DNA of 47,955 nt from Octopus bimaculoides (GCF_001194135.2 NC_068983.1:81988814-82036768); one strand, 5' to 3'; counted from the stretch's first letter, positions 1-11,338 are shown. Notes: a model not told the origin generated them from the letters alone. Numbers and translations: made by a program.

Positions 1-31
<31 letters not shown>

Positions 32-98
32 TTTAGTTTTCGTAATGAGATAAAAAAACCAAGGCTGTGTAAATTATAGAACGTTTATAAATAGAAGG

Positions 99-145
99 TC
101 TTACAGCTGTTTTCAGGATTTTTACTATATCCCTTCATCGGAGAT
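99..145 (-). ncRNA. Minimal type I hammerhead ribozyme-like motif, PLE-associated type (U4C core variant)
   Basis: Minus strand reads UCU-CCGAUGA-A-GGGAU(9-nt loop)AUCCU-GAAAAC-AGCU-GUA-AGA. It has a 3-bp helix I, 5-bp helix II and palindromic helix III (ACAGCUGU). There is one extra A relative to canonical GAAAC. Confidence 0.6.
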
Positions 146-402
146 CTGCCTAAACAATAGATTTACAAGTACGATATCCCTACATTCATTCTCTATTTCC
201 TTTTCCTATCTTATCTAAACTAACTATTGCTTAACCATCCTCTCACACCGTCTCCGATGAAGAGAGTTAACAAGAGAAACAGAGACAGACAGAAACAAGG
301 AAAATGCCCTTGTATTTGAATACTGTGCAAATATGTTTTTAAAAAGATTTTCATTTAAATTTGCCAAAATTTAATTTTTCCAAAATTTGTTATCTATATT
401 TA

Positions 403-438
403 CAGTTGAAAAGATCTCAAGGATTGAAACCGGTACTG
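403..438 (+). ncRNA. Minimal type I hammerhead ribozyme-like motif, U3-A8 core variant
   Basis: CAG-TTGAAAA-GATC(TCAAG)GATT-GAAAC-CG-GTA-CTG. Helix I is CAG/CTG, helix II is GATC/GATT, helix III is the palindrome ACCGGT, and the putative cleavage site follows A435. Confidence 0.65.
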
Positions 439-882
439 AAATGTTTTTTATAAAAGTATTTTAGCATTTTCTACCTTGACTTTTTTTTTCCATCACACCA
501 TCAAGTGTCCTCAGATTTCTGGGTGAATTGTCATCATTCAAAATCTCTGTATGTCATTTATGCGCAGCAATATATGTTTTGATAAGAAGATAAGCTGGTG
601 GCTCTGTAATGTTAGGCATCTGAAAGTTTAGGTGTAAGCTTATTTGTAAGAATTTATTTTTGTTCTTTAGCATGTATTTTTTAAATTCTACTGGATGCTC
701 ACACTCACTCCTCATCAAATAAAATGAAGAGGGGATTTGCTTTGGGTATGGTCATCTCATCATATAACAGATTGTATTGAATTGTGGTACTAGTAGCATG
801 TATAAACTGACCTGTTGAAGAGTATGACTGTTCAGATCAACTCCATCTACTTGCCACTTATTTACTTCTATGAATACATATA

Positions 883-1011
883 GAAACGTGCACACACAGA
901 CACACACACACATATATGTGTGTGTGTGTGTGTTTGTGTGTGTGCGTGTTTGTGTGTGTGTGTGCACGTGTGTGTGTGTTTGTGTGTGTGCGTGCACGTG
1001 TGTGTGTGTGT
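883..1011. repeat. Compound (CA)n/(TG)n microsatellite
   Basis: Directly visible dinucleotide runs; source of spurious HT/CV ORFs. Confidence 0.95.
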
Positions 1012-1281
1012 TGTAAACAATAGAGTAAAATAGTCAATACGTGTATTAGAATTCATTCATTCAAAGCTGATGAACTACTTCATTGCTACATTACATTTCT
1101 TGCTTTTTGTTCTAATAACAGAGATATGTCTATGTTCCACATATAAAGAATATTAAATCTGCATACATTTTTGTCAAGTAAACCATTTAAAAGAAAATCT
1201 AGAGATTTATACAAACTTTCTCACATACAATAGAATATATAAGAATATATGTATATGTTTGTATGAATATGTGTGTGTGTG

Positions 1282-1502
1282 TGTTGTGTCAACGCCCCCA
1301 GGCCAAGAAGTAGGATCTCCCAAGACATATAAATAGAGGCTGTCTAGCCGTGGTATGAGTGTTGAGTAGCAGTTGTGTAGCAGTTGAGTAGCGGTTGAGT
1401 AGAGATCATCGGAAGGTGCTAGATAGCAGCAGCTTGAGACATAACAGTGACGATGAGAATTTCGGAGCTCACACAGCCACTGTGTAGTGTTGAGACTTAA
1501 CA
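1282..1502 (+). mobile_element. Probable solo LTR (TGTT...AACA termini)
   Basis: 221-bp GC-richer block with termini TGTTGTGTC / GACTTAACA, internal TATAAATAG and tandem GTTGAGTAGC-like units. It is flanked by GTGTG on both sides, but the TSD is weak evidence because it lies in a GT run. Confidence 0.5.
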
Positions 1503-1564
1503 GTGTGAATGTGTGTGTGTATGTGTGTGTGTATGTATGTAAGCATGCATGTATATATAAATAT

Positions 1565-1680
1565 ATCACCATTATCTTCATCACTGTCTTACTGTTTCTT
1601 TTCCCATGCTTGTATGTTTCTGGCCAAACTTGTTGAGGTAGATTTTCCATGGTCAGATGGTCTTCCTGTTTCCAGGCTTC
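1565..1680 (-). mobile_element. Family C-related non-autonomous retroelement 3' fragment
   Basis: Minus strand reads ACAGGAAGACCATCTGACCATGGAAAATCTACCTCAAC...CAAGCATGGGAAAAG then an ATG-like tail; similar to 11750-11851. Confidence 0.6.
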
Positions 1681-2030
1681 ATTTGTTTTCAAGCAAGGTA
1701 CTTCCTCCTCTAATCCTCAAACCATGAACACCTTAATGCCTGGACATGTTTTCATGGAAGATTCCAAACAAGTGACACCATTTTTGTATGAATGATGACC
1801 TTGTTTACAACTAGCTCATAAATGTCGTGGCAAGAAGACACAAACACTTTCTAACACACATACACACATACATAGCCACATTTTTTCCCCTGCCTTGTCA
1901 ATGAAATTCACTCACAAGGCACTGGTTAACTTGAAACTATAGTAGAAAATAATTATACATGAAAGTACATTCTTGTGAAATGAACTTCTTAACCAGACAG
2001 TCACATTTGTGCTAATACATGTGTGTGTAT

Positions 2031-2251
2031 AAGGCGGTGAGCTGGCAGAATCATTAGTATACTGGGTAAAATGCTTAGCAGCATTTCGTCCATCTTCATG
2101 TTCTTTCTGCATTCAAATGCTGCTGGGGTCAATTTTGACTTTCATTCTTTTGGGCTTGATAAAGTAAGTACCAGTTGAATACTGGTGTTGATGCAATTGA
2201 CTTACCCTCTCCTCTGAAAATGCTGGTCTTGTGTCAAAATTTGAAATCAAT
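2031..2251 (+). mobile_element. tRNA-derived SINE family A, full length
   Basis: AAGGCGGTGAGCTGGCAGAATCATTAG head (A-box-like), degenerate B box, AAGTACCAGTTG core and CAAAATTTGAAATCAAT end; homologous to other copies in the window. Confidence 0.85.
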
Positions 2252-3045
2252 ATATATGTTTGTGTATGTGTGTGGATAGTGTTTCAGTTAAGCTATTTAT
2301 TTATGGAAACATTTCAATATTTTTGTGAATAGAAAGAATGGTAGATCTCCAGTAAATCATGACCAAAACCTGATCTTGATTCATGTTTAAGTAGTTTTGT
2401 TTTACTCACAATGCTAATGCCCAAAGGACAAAGATGAACATCACAAAATCAATTTTCTCCCCATTTCTAAAATATACCGTCTTTTTGTTGTAGTCAATAG
2501 AAACTAATAGAATAATTTTGACTCTTTATTTAAAATTTGTTTTAAGAATATATTTTGTCTAAGGAAATAGTGACATATTGTTTTCCCCCTCCCCTGCTCT
2601 TTTTTTTTTTCTTATCTTGCTAAACGTTTGCTGTGATGTAAGGATTTCTACATGTCTTTTAACAAGGTTGGTGAGGGGTTATACCAAATGACAATAAAGT
2701 CAAATTGAGAATTTGCTCACAATTTGTTTTGCCTGAAGCTGAATTTTAAATTGAGAAAAAAAAAAAAAGAAAGAAAAAAATTAAATAAATATATAAAATA
2801 AATAAATAAAAGAGGAACCTGATGTAAATGTGTGTGTCCTGTTTAATGAAGTAAATACACTTTATCAATTAGAACATTTTCATTACAGAATAATTATATA
2901 TTGTGTGAAATTTTGTTGTCTAGAAATAAGAAGGGTAGAAAAAAATAGATAAAAAGTCCATTATTTCTCCAGTCTGTTTTTGAAATTCTTCCTTAAATTA
3001 ACAAAAACTTTTTAAAAAGTTAAAAGGAAAACCTCTTTTTATTTT

Positions 3046-3489
3046 NNNNNNNNNNNNNNNNNNNNNNNNNNNNNNNNNNNNNNNNNNNNNNNNNNNNNNN
3101 NNNNNNNNNNNNNNNNNNNNNNNNNNNNNNNNNNNNNNNNNNNNNNNNNNNNNNNNNNNNNNNNNNNNNNNNNNNNNNNNNNNNNNNNNNNNNNNNNNNN
3201 NNNNNNNNNNNNNNNNNNNNNNNNNNNNNNNNNNNNNNNNNNNNNNNNNNNNNNNNNNNNNNNNNNNNNNNNNNNNNNNNNNNNNNNNNNNNNNNNNNNN
3301 NNNNNNNNNNNNNNNNNNNNNNNNNNNNNNNNNNNNNNNNNNNNNNNNNNNNNNNNNNNNNNNNNNNNNNNNNNNNNNNNNNNNNNNNNNNNNNNNNNNN
3401 NNNNNNNNNNNNNNNNNNNNNNNNNNNNNNNNNNNNNNNNNNNNNNNNNNNNNNNNNNNNNNNNNNNNNNNNNNNNNNNNNNNNNNNNN
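3046..3489. other. Assembly gap (N run)
   Basis: N characters. Confidence 1.
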
Positions 3490-3755
3490 ATATATATATA
3501 TATATATACAAGTGTGTGTGATCGTTGATTTTGGCATCACCGTATGGTTGTTGTTGATGCTATCAAGTCTTTTAAAGAAAGTGTATTTTATTAATCAGTA
3601 TTTTTTTAAATTTTGTTAATAAAAACCAAGCATATTTTCTTAATTGTAATAACTTCTTTTAAACAATCTAGAAACATTACTACAATTAAGAAATCATGCA
3701 TTGTTTTATAGCATTATTTTTCCCATATAATCTCTCAACACACGGGTATTATACA

Positions 3756-3788
<33 letters not shown>

Positions 3789-4042
3789 TGTTGTATTTTG
3801 GGATGGTCATTTTTTCTTTTTATTTTGCCAAATAAACACACGCACTACATATTTTTACTCAACTCATTTATTACTGCTCTTTTTTTATTATTTTTATTAT
3901 TGTCCCAAAATCCTTCATCACACATCTGTGACCTCTTCAGCGACACTTTTCGTTTTCATGTGTGTTCTTGCTACCCTTACTCCATTCTGAGTTAAAATAA
4001 TAACATAAGAACAGTAATAAATGATTGAAGAAAAATATATAT

Positions 4043-4078
4043 ATTTCTTTATTGCCCACAGGCGGCTAAACATAGGAG
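4043..4078 (-). mobile_element. SINE 3' tail fragment (same tail as 7823-7935)
   Basis: Reverse complement CTCCTATGTTTAGCCGCCTGTGGGCAATAAAGAAAT matches the end of 7823-7935. Confidence 0.7.
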
Positions 4079-4216
4079 CGTGTCGGTTTTTTTGTAGTAG
4101 ATGTCTGTTGTGACGATGGAGTTGTTTATCTTGATGTTGATGTCTAGGAAGGGGATTCGTTGTAGCTGGTATCTATCGTAGATAGATGGGTGCATTGTGT
4201 TGAGGATGTTGTGGAA
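4079..4216 (-). mobile_element. Penelope-like element RT C-terminal fragment
   Basis: Translates FHNILNTMHPSI...IPFLDINIKINNSIVTTDIYYKKTD, matching the PLE LNxxHPxI / PFLD / TxxYxKxT motifs. Confidence 0.85.
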
Positions 4217-4218
4217 TA

Positions 4219-5212
4219 TTGTATCAGGTGATGAAAGTTATGGAGAGGGTCATAGCCCAACTAATTAGGGAGAGAGTTAGTCTAGATGGATGAAATGCAG
4301 TTTGGTTTTGTGCCAGGGAGAAGCACCACTGATTCTATATTTCTGGTAAGGCAGCTGGAGAAATAGACAGCCAAAGATTAACCTTTGTACTTGATTTTTA
4401 TTGACTTGGAGAAAGCCTTTGTCAGAGACCCCCGATCCCTCATCTGCTGGTCAATGTGGAAACTAGGGATAGACGAGTAGTTGGTGAGCTCTGTACAAGT
4501 CATGTATGGAGATGCTACCAGTAAGGTGAGAGTTGACACCGAGTCCAGTGAAGAATTCAGGGTACAAGTAGGGGTTCACCAAGGATCGGTCCTCAGCCTC
4601 TTCTTGTTCATCGTAGTCCTCCAGGCAATAAAAGAGGAATTTAAGACAGATTGCTCCTGGGAGCTCTTCTATGCTGATGACCTTGCACTTATAGCTGAAT
4701 CACTGTCAGAACTACAGAAGTTCCAGGTCTAGAATCGATGAGCCTTAGAGTTAACCTGGCAAATCCAAAGTTTTAGTAAGTAGAAAGGCAGACAAATCAC
4801 AAATCCCTTCAGGTAGATGGCCCTACTCAATCTGTAGAAAAGGCATAGGCAAAAACACCATAAGATGTACCTAGTGTAAGCTGTGGACACATAAAAGGTG
4901 CAGCAATATTAGAGGAAGGTTAACAGGAAAAGTAACTTTTGTATGTGGAAGACACACAGGTACAATAAATGCCAAAAATGTACAGAAAGTAGACTCCATC
5001 AGTTGTCAGTGGAGTAAGCTAGATGTAGCAGATAGCATCCATTATCTAGGTGACCAAGTTAGTAGTGGAGGTGGATGCTTCAAGATCGTAGCTGTGAGAA
5101 TAAGAATAGGCTGGGCAAAGTTGAGAGAACTCCTACCCTTGCTGGCATCAAAGGGCCTCTCCCTGAAAGTGAAAGGCAAATTGTATGGTGCCTGTGCATG
5201 GACAGCTATGAT
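4219..5212 (+). mobile_element. RTE-clade LINE RT remnant (stops and frameshifts)
   Basis: MQFGFVPGRSTTDSIF, FIDLEKAF, GVHQGSVLSLFLF, ELFYADDLALIAES, a PHD-like finger, YLGDQVSSGGG and RIRIGWAKLRELLPLL. Confidence 0.95.
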
Positions 5213-5315
5213 ACTGGAGCAATATGAAATAAAATATCTTGCTCAAGGACACAACCTGCCACTAGATATCAAACTCATGACTTTATAATTGTGAGCCAAA
5301 TGCACTAACCACTAC
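5213..5315 (-). mobile_element. SINE family D 5' head fragment
   Basis: ACTGGAGCAAT...CTTGCTCAAGGACACAAC...CTAACCACTA, homologous to 37318-37545. Confidence 0.65.
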
Positions 5316-5589
5316 AATACACATTAATATTCTCATATTACATGTATAAAATATATAAAGGTAATTTACAAGACCAAAGTTGTAATTTCTTTGTTAACAG
5401 TCAACTGAAAATGTCATGTTTCAAATTGTTTATTTTGGTTTAAAATTCACCATCTTAATGAGAGTTTTGATACTTAGGAATTGTCTTTATTCTGTGCTTG
5501 TAATATCTGACAATGAAATATAATGAATTATTATTTTGTTTTAGGCTGAGCTGAATATACTTAGAAGCAGAATGCTACATCTAAAATGT

Positions 5590-6808
5590 AAATAGACACA
5601 ATAAATATAAACAATAGATGCATATCTGGCTAACAACTTCACTTTGTAACCATATGAGTTGGAGTTTGGTTTAACTGTATGGTTGCTGTCAGCTCTAATC
5701 TGGCTGTGCATTGACCAATACCAAGTGAGTGGAACTACACACAAGACAAAATGTCACAACGACAGCTCAGTTATTCCTCTCCAGTTTTTTGTAAATTCTT
5801 AAATATATCTCCTTCTGTGTATATATATATACTACCAAACAAACATGATTTTTATTGAACTTAAAATACTTCAGGTTACCACTTGAAACCAGTTTGCACT
5901 TCTGGCCAAAAACTGACATATCCATAACTCTGAATAAGCAGCTGGTTCAGTGACAAGAAGTAGCCTGGCAAGCATTAAAAATTATTTTCAAAGTGGTTAG
6001 ATTCTGTGGTAGCTAAGACCTAGCATTACAAGGTCATAGCGTGACACAGAAAACTTCGTATATCTCGTAAAAGAACTTGCCGAAGAATGCAGTACAGAAG
6101 TAAGTCACTGGCTTAGACATTGAGATAATTTCCTATCTGATACCATACAAAATGAAATCCTACAGGCATATGCTCATAACATCCTGCATGAGATCAGAAA
6201 AAAAGCTGAAGATTCCATGTTTATTGGTATTAAATCTGAATCCTCTGGCATGGAACAAGAATCAATCATTGTCCATTATGTTTCTGAAGACCTGGATACC
6301 CACAAAGATTTTATAATCCTCCTGACTGCTCTTTGGAGACATAATGTTATTCTGGAGGATTTTGCCACTTAAACATTTCACTTGGAACAAAATTATGCTG
6401 CTTTTTATTTGATGGTGTTAGTACTTTGAGTGGAAGCACTTCAGGCATACAAAAGAGATTAAAAGACATGTTTTCTTGTACATATTCTGTACATTGTAGA
6501 AACCAATCTCTGGATCTTTTCCTCCAAGAAATTGGTTCTATGATTGCCATTGTAGTTGATGCATTCAACTTTGTTCACCAACGTGCCATTCTTCTGAAAG
6601 AGTTGCCAAAAAGAAACCGCAATGGACAAGTCTTTGTTGTAAGAAGCTCATGTTTGCAAGCCATGTATCCAATTCATTAGTATATTGGAGCAACAGTACT
6701 GAAATAAATGGAAAGCAACTATAAGAAAATTAAGGATTTCTTGCTGGAGCTACTGAACGATACATCGCTGTGAGCAACAACAAGGGCAACTGTCAAATGA
6801 CTGATGAA
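5590..6808 (+). mobile_element. Degraded hAT transposase (ZMYM1-like/DUF4371 type)
   Basis: LALQGH, NFLSDTIQNEILQAYAHNILHEIRKK, SGMEQESIIVHYV and FDGVSTLSGSTSGIQKRL...VHCRNQSLDL; multiple stops and frameshifts. A continuation after 7640 is possible but uncertain. Confidence 0.8.
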
Positions 6809-7639
6809 CAATGATGCAGCTAGGGCAAACTGCACCCAGGGCAAGCTACAAAAATGCACCCCCCCTCTCAATTACAAAATCCACAGCATTATATAGTACT
6901 TTTTTGTTGCAAGCAATTAATGTTTTAAAGCAATATTTTAGGAATAAATACTTTACCAGGGTTCATTTATCTGCCGGTTCGGTACAGCCTGTAATTCAAA
7001 ATATATTTTTTTAATGTTTACTTTTACGAAACCTCCTTATTTTAACCGTTTAATGCACCAGTTTCCCCCATTGAAACATTAAAAAATCTAATGTGAGAAA
7101 TGAGATGTAATAAAAAGAAAAATACAGTTGTTTAAAGTCTCATCTTTCTAGCTTTTGATGAGGCGAATTTATTGATTATATCTTCAAAATTAGTTTTGTT
7201 TGTCTCTTCACTTTCAATGCTCAGAAGAGCAAGGTCATGCATGCGGCTCTGCAACATGGATGTCCGCAAACAAGATGGGATTAACTTCAGTTTGCTGAAC
7301 GATCATTTGCAGCTCGCAACTGATACAACTATTGTGACAGTATCCGAAGGCCAATGCCCAAATTCGGAAAAACAATGTTATCTCCACATTGAACAATGAA
7401 TTCCAGGAGTTTTTCTGGTCTCGTAATCACAGATTTTGTTCAAGTAGACAGCCATCATATAACGTTTACCTTCAATAACAGCATAAAATGATAAGCTGGA
7501 GATCCATCTTTACAATTGCAATTTTATAAATGGAGTTGAAGCTTATCATATTATGGTCAATTCTGCATCCCCCACTTCAATCGGCACCCGGGGTACGTGC
7601 CCCCCTTGCCTCTCCCCCTTCCTGCTAGTTACGCTACTG
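6809..7639 (-). mobile_element. Internally deleted hAT element with 8-bp TSD
   Basis: Degenerate termini CAATGATGCAGCTAG / rc CAGTAGCGTAACTAG. TSD is CTGATGAA (6801-6808) versus CTGCTGAA (7640-7647). Minus strand about 7144-7400 encodes FSKLKLI...LRTSMLQSRMHDLALLSIES...IINKFASSKARK (hAT C-terminal dimerisation domain). Confidence 0.85.
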
Positions 7640-7822
7640 CTGCTGAAACAATCTGGCAAACTTCCAGTTTGTTCAGTATAAAGGTGGCTGAGAAATAATA
7701 AAATGTTTGGAAGCTATTTCAGTGAAAAATCTTTCTACTGACTTTGTGAAAATGCCTAACACTTTTCGTTCCAAAAATACACTCATACAACAACTACTGA
7801 AGAAGGTGTTCTCTCTATCATT

Positions 7823-7935
7823 GGTCGATAAATTAAGTACCAGTTACGCACTGGGGTTGATGTAATCGACTCAATCCTTTTGTCTGTCCTTGTTTGTCCC
7901 CTCTATGTTTAGCCCCTTGTGGGCAATAAAGAAAT
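7823..7935 (+). mobile_element. 5'-truncated SINE (family A core with alternative 3' tail)
   Basis: GGTCGATAAATTAAGTACCAGTT...CTGGGGTTGATGTAATCGAC core, then the TATGTTTAGCCCCTTGTGGGCAATAAAGAAAT tail. Confidence 0.8.
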
Positions 7936-8309
7936 GAGGAGCACTTAACATGAAAATGAAGATCTACCAAAGATACTGGAGGCCAAAATTCCTATCCAGG
8001 CATTGTGAAGAGAATTTCAGTTATGGCTACTCAGAGAAGAACTATTTAAAATCTTCCTCACCTCTGAGTCATCTTGTACTCCCTATTTTTAAAGACCCTT
8101 ATGAGCTGTTTAGTGAGAGTGATCACATGATTTGATTGATCAGTTGATTGCAGACCTTCCTTACTGTAGTTTGAATAAATAATTTGTTCTAAATGATTGA
8201 GCATTTAATGAAGGAGATTTAGCTGTTACATTTAACATATCAAACAACATAGGCTGTCTTTAGGAATGGGGTACAAAAGACAGCATAAAAAATTGGGCAG
8301 AGGGAGATC

Positions 8310-8870
8310 ACGGTCAAGATCAAGGTGATGATGATGATGGCTTTAATGGTGGTGGTTGTGGTGATATTAATACTGATAATTGAAGTGATGTTGATGATGA
8401 TGTTAATACTGATGGTTGTCATGGCAGCTTTGTTGGTGTGATGGTGCTAATGCTGTTGGTGGAGGTGGTGTTAATGTCGATAATTGTCATGGCAGTGGTA
8501 ATTATACTAATGGTAGTGGTGATGATGATGGTGCTGAAGTTGATGGTAGAGGCAGTAGTCGTTGTGATGATTATAATTGTGGCGTTCATAGTAGTGGTAA
8601 TGGTTGTGATGTAGATGGCGGTAGTGGTAGTTATAGTGAGGCTGGTTGTACTGCTGCTGCTGTTGCTGCTGCTGCTGAGAATGATGATGACAATGGTAGT
8701 AGTGGGGAAGATTGAGATAGTATTGGAAACATTTCTTCTTTGGCTGCTTCTAATGACTGTAATACTAATGATGAAGGTTCTCTTCATTATTGTTGTCATT
8801 GTTATTCTGGTAGTGTTAGACAAGGAGTTATAGTGGGAGGGATACCTTTGCTGCTGCTGTTCAGACAAGT
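8310..8870. repeat. Cryptic trinucleotide (GRT/GCT) low-complexity region
   Basis: Degenerate GAT/GGT/GTT/GCT triplets producing biased ORFs on both strands. Confidence 0.85.
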
Positions 8871-9279
8871 AGTAATAAAGTTATAAAGCTTTGTAAACTT
8901 TTCAAAGATTTTTTTTTTTTCAAGTCAACGCTGATAGTTGTCTAGCAATTTAGTGAAAATCTCAAGGGTTGCTTTGACATTTCCCCTGTTTATTTCTAAT
9001 AAGGAAGAACAAAAGCAGGCTACAACAGTTTTCTGCTTTACCTTATTAGCACAGGAGAAAATCACATCTTTGCATCACGATAGAAAGATGACTTTGCTAT
9101 AGATATAAGCTGTCAAACGAAACAAACTATTTTTTCTTTTTTAAGGAAAAAAGGGAATTTAGTAAAAAAATAATTTTAAATTTGTGAAATACTACAAAGT
9201 CAAGAAAGGTAAAATCTTGCTCTTTGGAACTGATGCAATGTATAAGTAAATAAATAAAAATCTGTGCATATGTGCATGT

Positions 9280-9433
9280 GCACATTTAAATAAAAGTATA
9301 TAAAAGATATATATATATATTATACATATAAATATTACATGTGCATGTACGTAATATTCTTACATGCATGTATGTAATATATATATATATATATAAATAA
9401 ATATACATAAGTATGTATACATACATACATACA

Positions 9434-9473
<40 letters not shown>

Positions 9474-9506
9474 TATAAATATACATAAGTATGTATACAT
9501 GCATAC

Positions 9507-9589
<83 letters not shown>

Positions 9590-9735
9590 CATACACACAC
9601 TCATGTCCTATACAGATATATGTGTAAATATGCATGCATATATATATATATGTATGTATGTATGTATCTCTCTCTCTCTTTCTCTCTCTCTGTCTCTCTC
9701 TCTGTCTCTCTCTCTATCTATCTATCTATATATAT
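9280..9735. repeat. Compound (TA)n/(TACA)n/(TC)n microsatellite block
   Basis: Directly visible. It includes two copies of AAATATACATAAGTATGTATACAT about 80 bp apart. Confidence 0.95.
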
Positions 9736-10444
9736 ATTTCTATGCATGAGCATGCATATCTATGTGAATGTCTTTTTGATTAAAGTTTTGCATGAAGTGG
9801 TCCTTCTCCATCCTACACCCACACATTACTAAATGCAAAATATAAAAAAAATAATGAACATCATAAAGAAGCAATAATAATAAAAAAATATATTAAAAAA
9901 TAGCTAACTTATTACAAGTTAGATGCAAAAACAAAATAAAAATAAAAATTAAAAAAAAACAAAAATGGTAATAGTTCCCTTTGAACTTAAAACATGTCTG
10001 GTTAAAAAGTATCAGTAAAGGAAACAAAAGATTTACAAGTTCTAAATTCACTTTGATTCAATGAAATTTTATTTTTATCCATTTGGACTCTAGAGTGCTA
10101 GTTGGTTTTTGGTTTTGGTTTTCTGTGGCGGTAAACAACAGCAAAACAAATAAATGAATTTAAAAAAAAAACTATTTAAAAAAATTAATTAAATAAAAAA
10201 TAGAAATGAAATAATAAAATAGAAAACATCATAAGCAACAACATAAACAGCAGCATTAGCTGCTACGATAAGATGGCCACTTGGAAAACTGCAGCAAAGG
10301 ATAAAAACAACAATACAATCCAACAAAACATAAATAAAATAAAATAAAACAAACAACAATAACTACACACACACACAAAAGTATATAAAAAGTATATGAA
10401 AAATTCCTTGTCATACTGCTGCCACCAAAAGTTTTTTAAAATGC

Positions 10445-10805
10445 AGCCATACATACATGAATGTATATACATTTATATACACAATTAAATGCACATGCAC
10501 ACTCACGCATGTGCATACACACACATACATGCATACATGCATACACACATACACATATACATGCATACGTGCATATATGCATACTTGTATGCATACGCAC
10601 ATGTGTACATACATACATGCATAAATACATACATACATGCATGCCTACATACATGCATACATACATATGTACATACACACATACAAGCATACATGCATAC
10701 ATGCATACATACATACACTCATGCATACATACACACATACATACATACATACATACATATATACATACATACATGCATACATACACACATACATGCATGC
10801 ATGCA

Positions 10806-10836
<31 letters not shown>

Positions 10837-10855
10837 TCTTCATGCATATAAACAA
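10445..10855. repeat. Degenerate (TACA)n/(TGCA) tetranucleotide array
   Basis: Directly visible; source of spurious MYVC/HTYI ORFs. Confidence 0.95.
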
Positions 10856-11338
10856 ACAGAATCATCTCGCAATTGAGGTATGATTGTAATTTAGTAAACA
10901 ATAATTTTAATCCTATTTACTAAATACACAAAAATGTGACTAATTGCTTTCTTTATAGAGCAGTTATGTATTGTCTGTATTAGCATGCTGGAAGGAAAGT
11001 TCTGTTTTCCTGAATAAAGCATTAACAATACCTACTGATAACTATAATTCTAATGACAAAATACTTGTTTTACGCTTACAATGCCCTAAGTTGTGTACAC
11101 TATATTTTTATATTCAAATTCATTCTTAATTTCTAGCTTTCTGCTATTAAAGAACCAATGCATATGTTTCTGTATGTATATGTGAATGTGTACATGTGTG
11201 TTTGTGCATGCATGTGTGTGTGCTTGTGTGTGTGTGTGCGTGTGTGTGTGTGGGGGGGAAACACGGGCACAAAGATACATGCACATAAATATATACACCT
11301 ATGTATGTGTGTGTATATATATATATATNNNNNNNNNN

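Noticed and set aside
2031-2110. tRNA genes
   Set aside because: The A/B-box heads belong to repeated SINEs and do not form full cloverleaves.
8240-8868. Overlapping 60-150 aa ORFs on both strands (Gly/Asp-, Thr/Ile- and Val-rich)
   Set aside because: Cryptic triplet repeats leave several frames open by composition; no splice or domain support.
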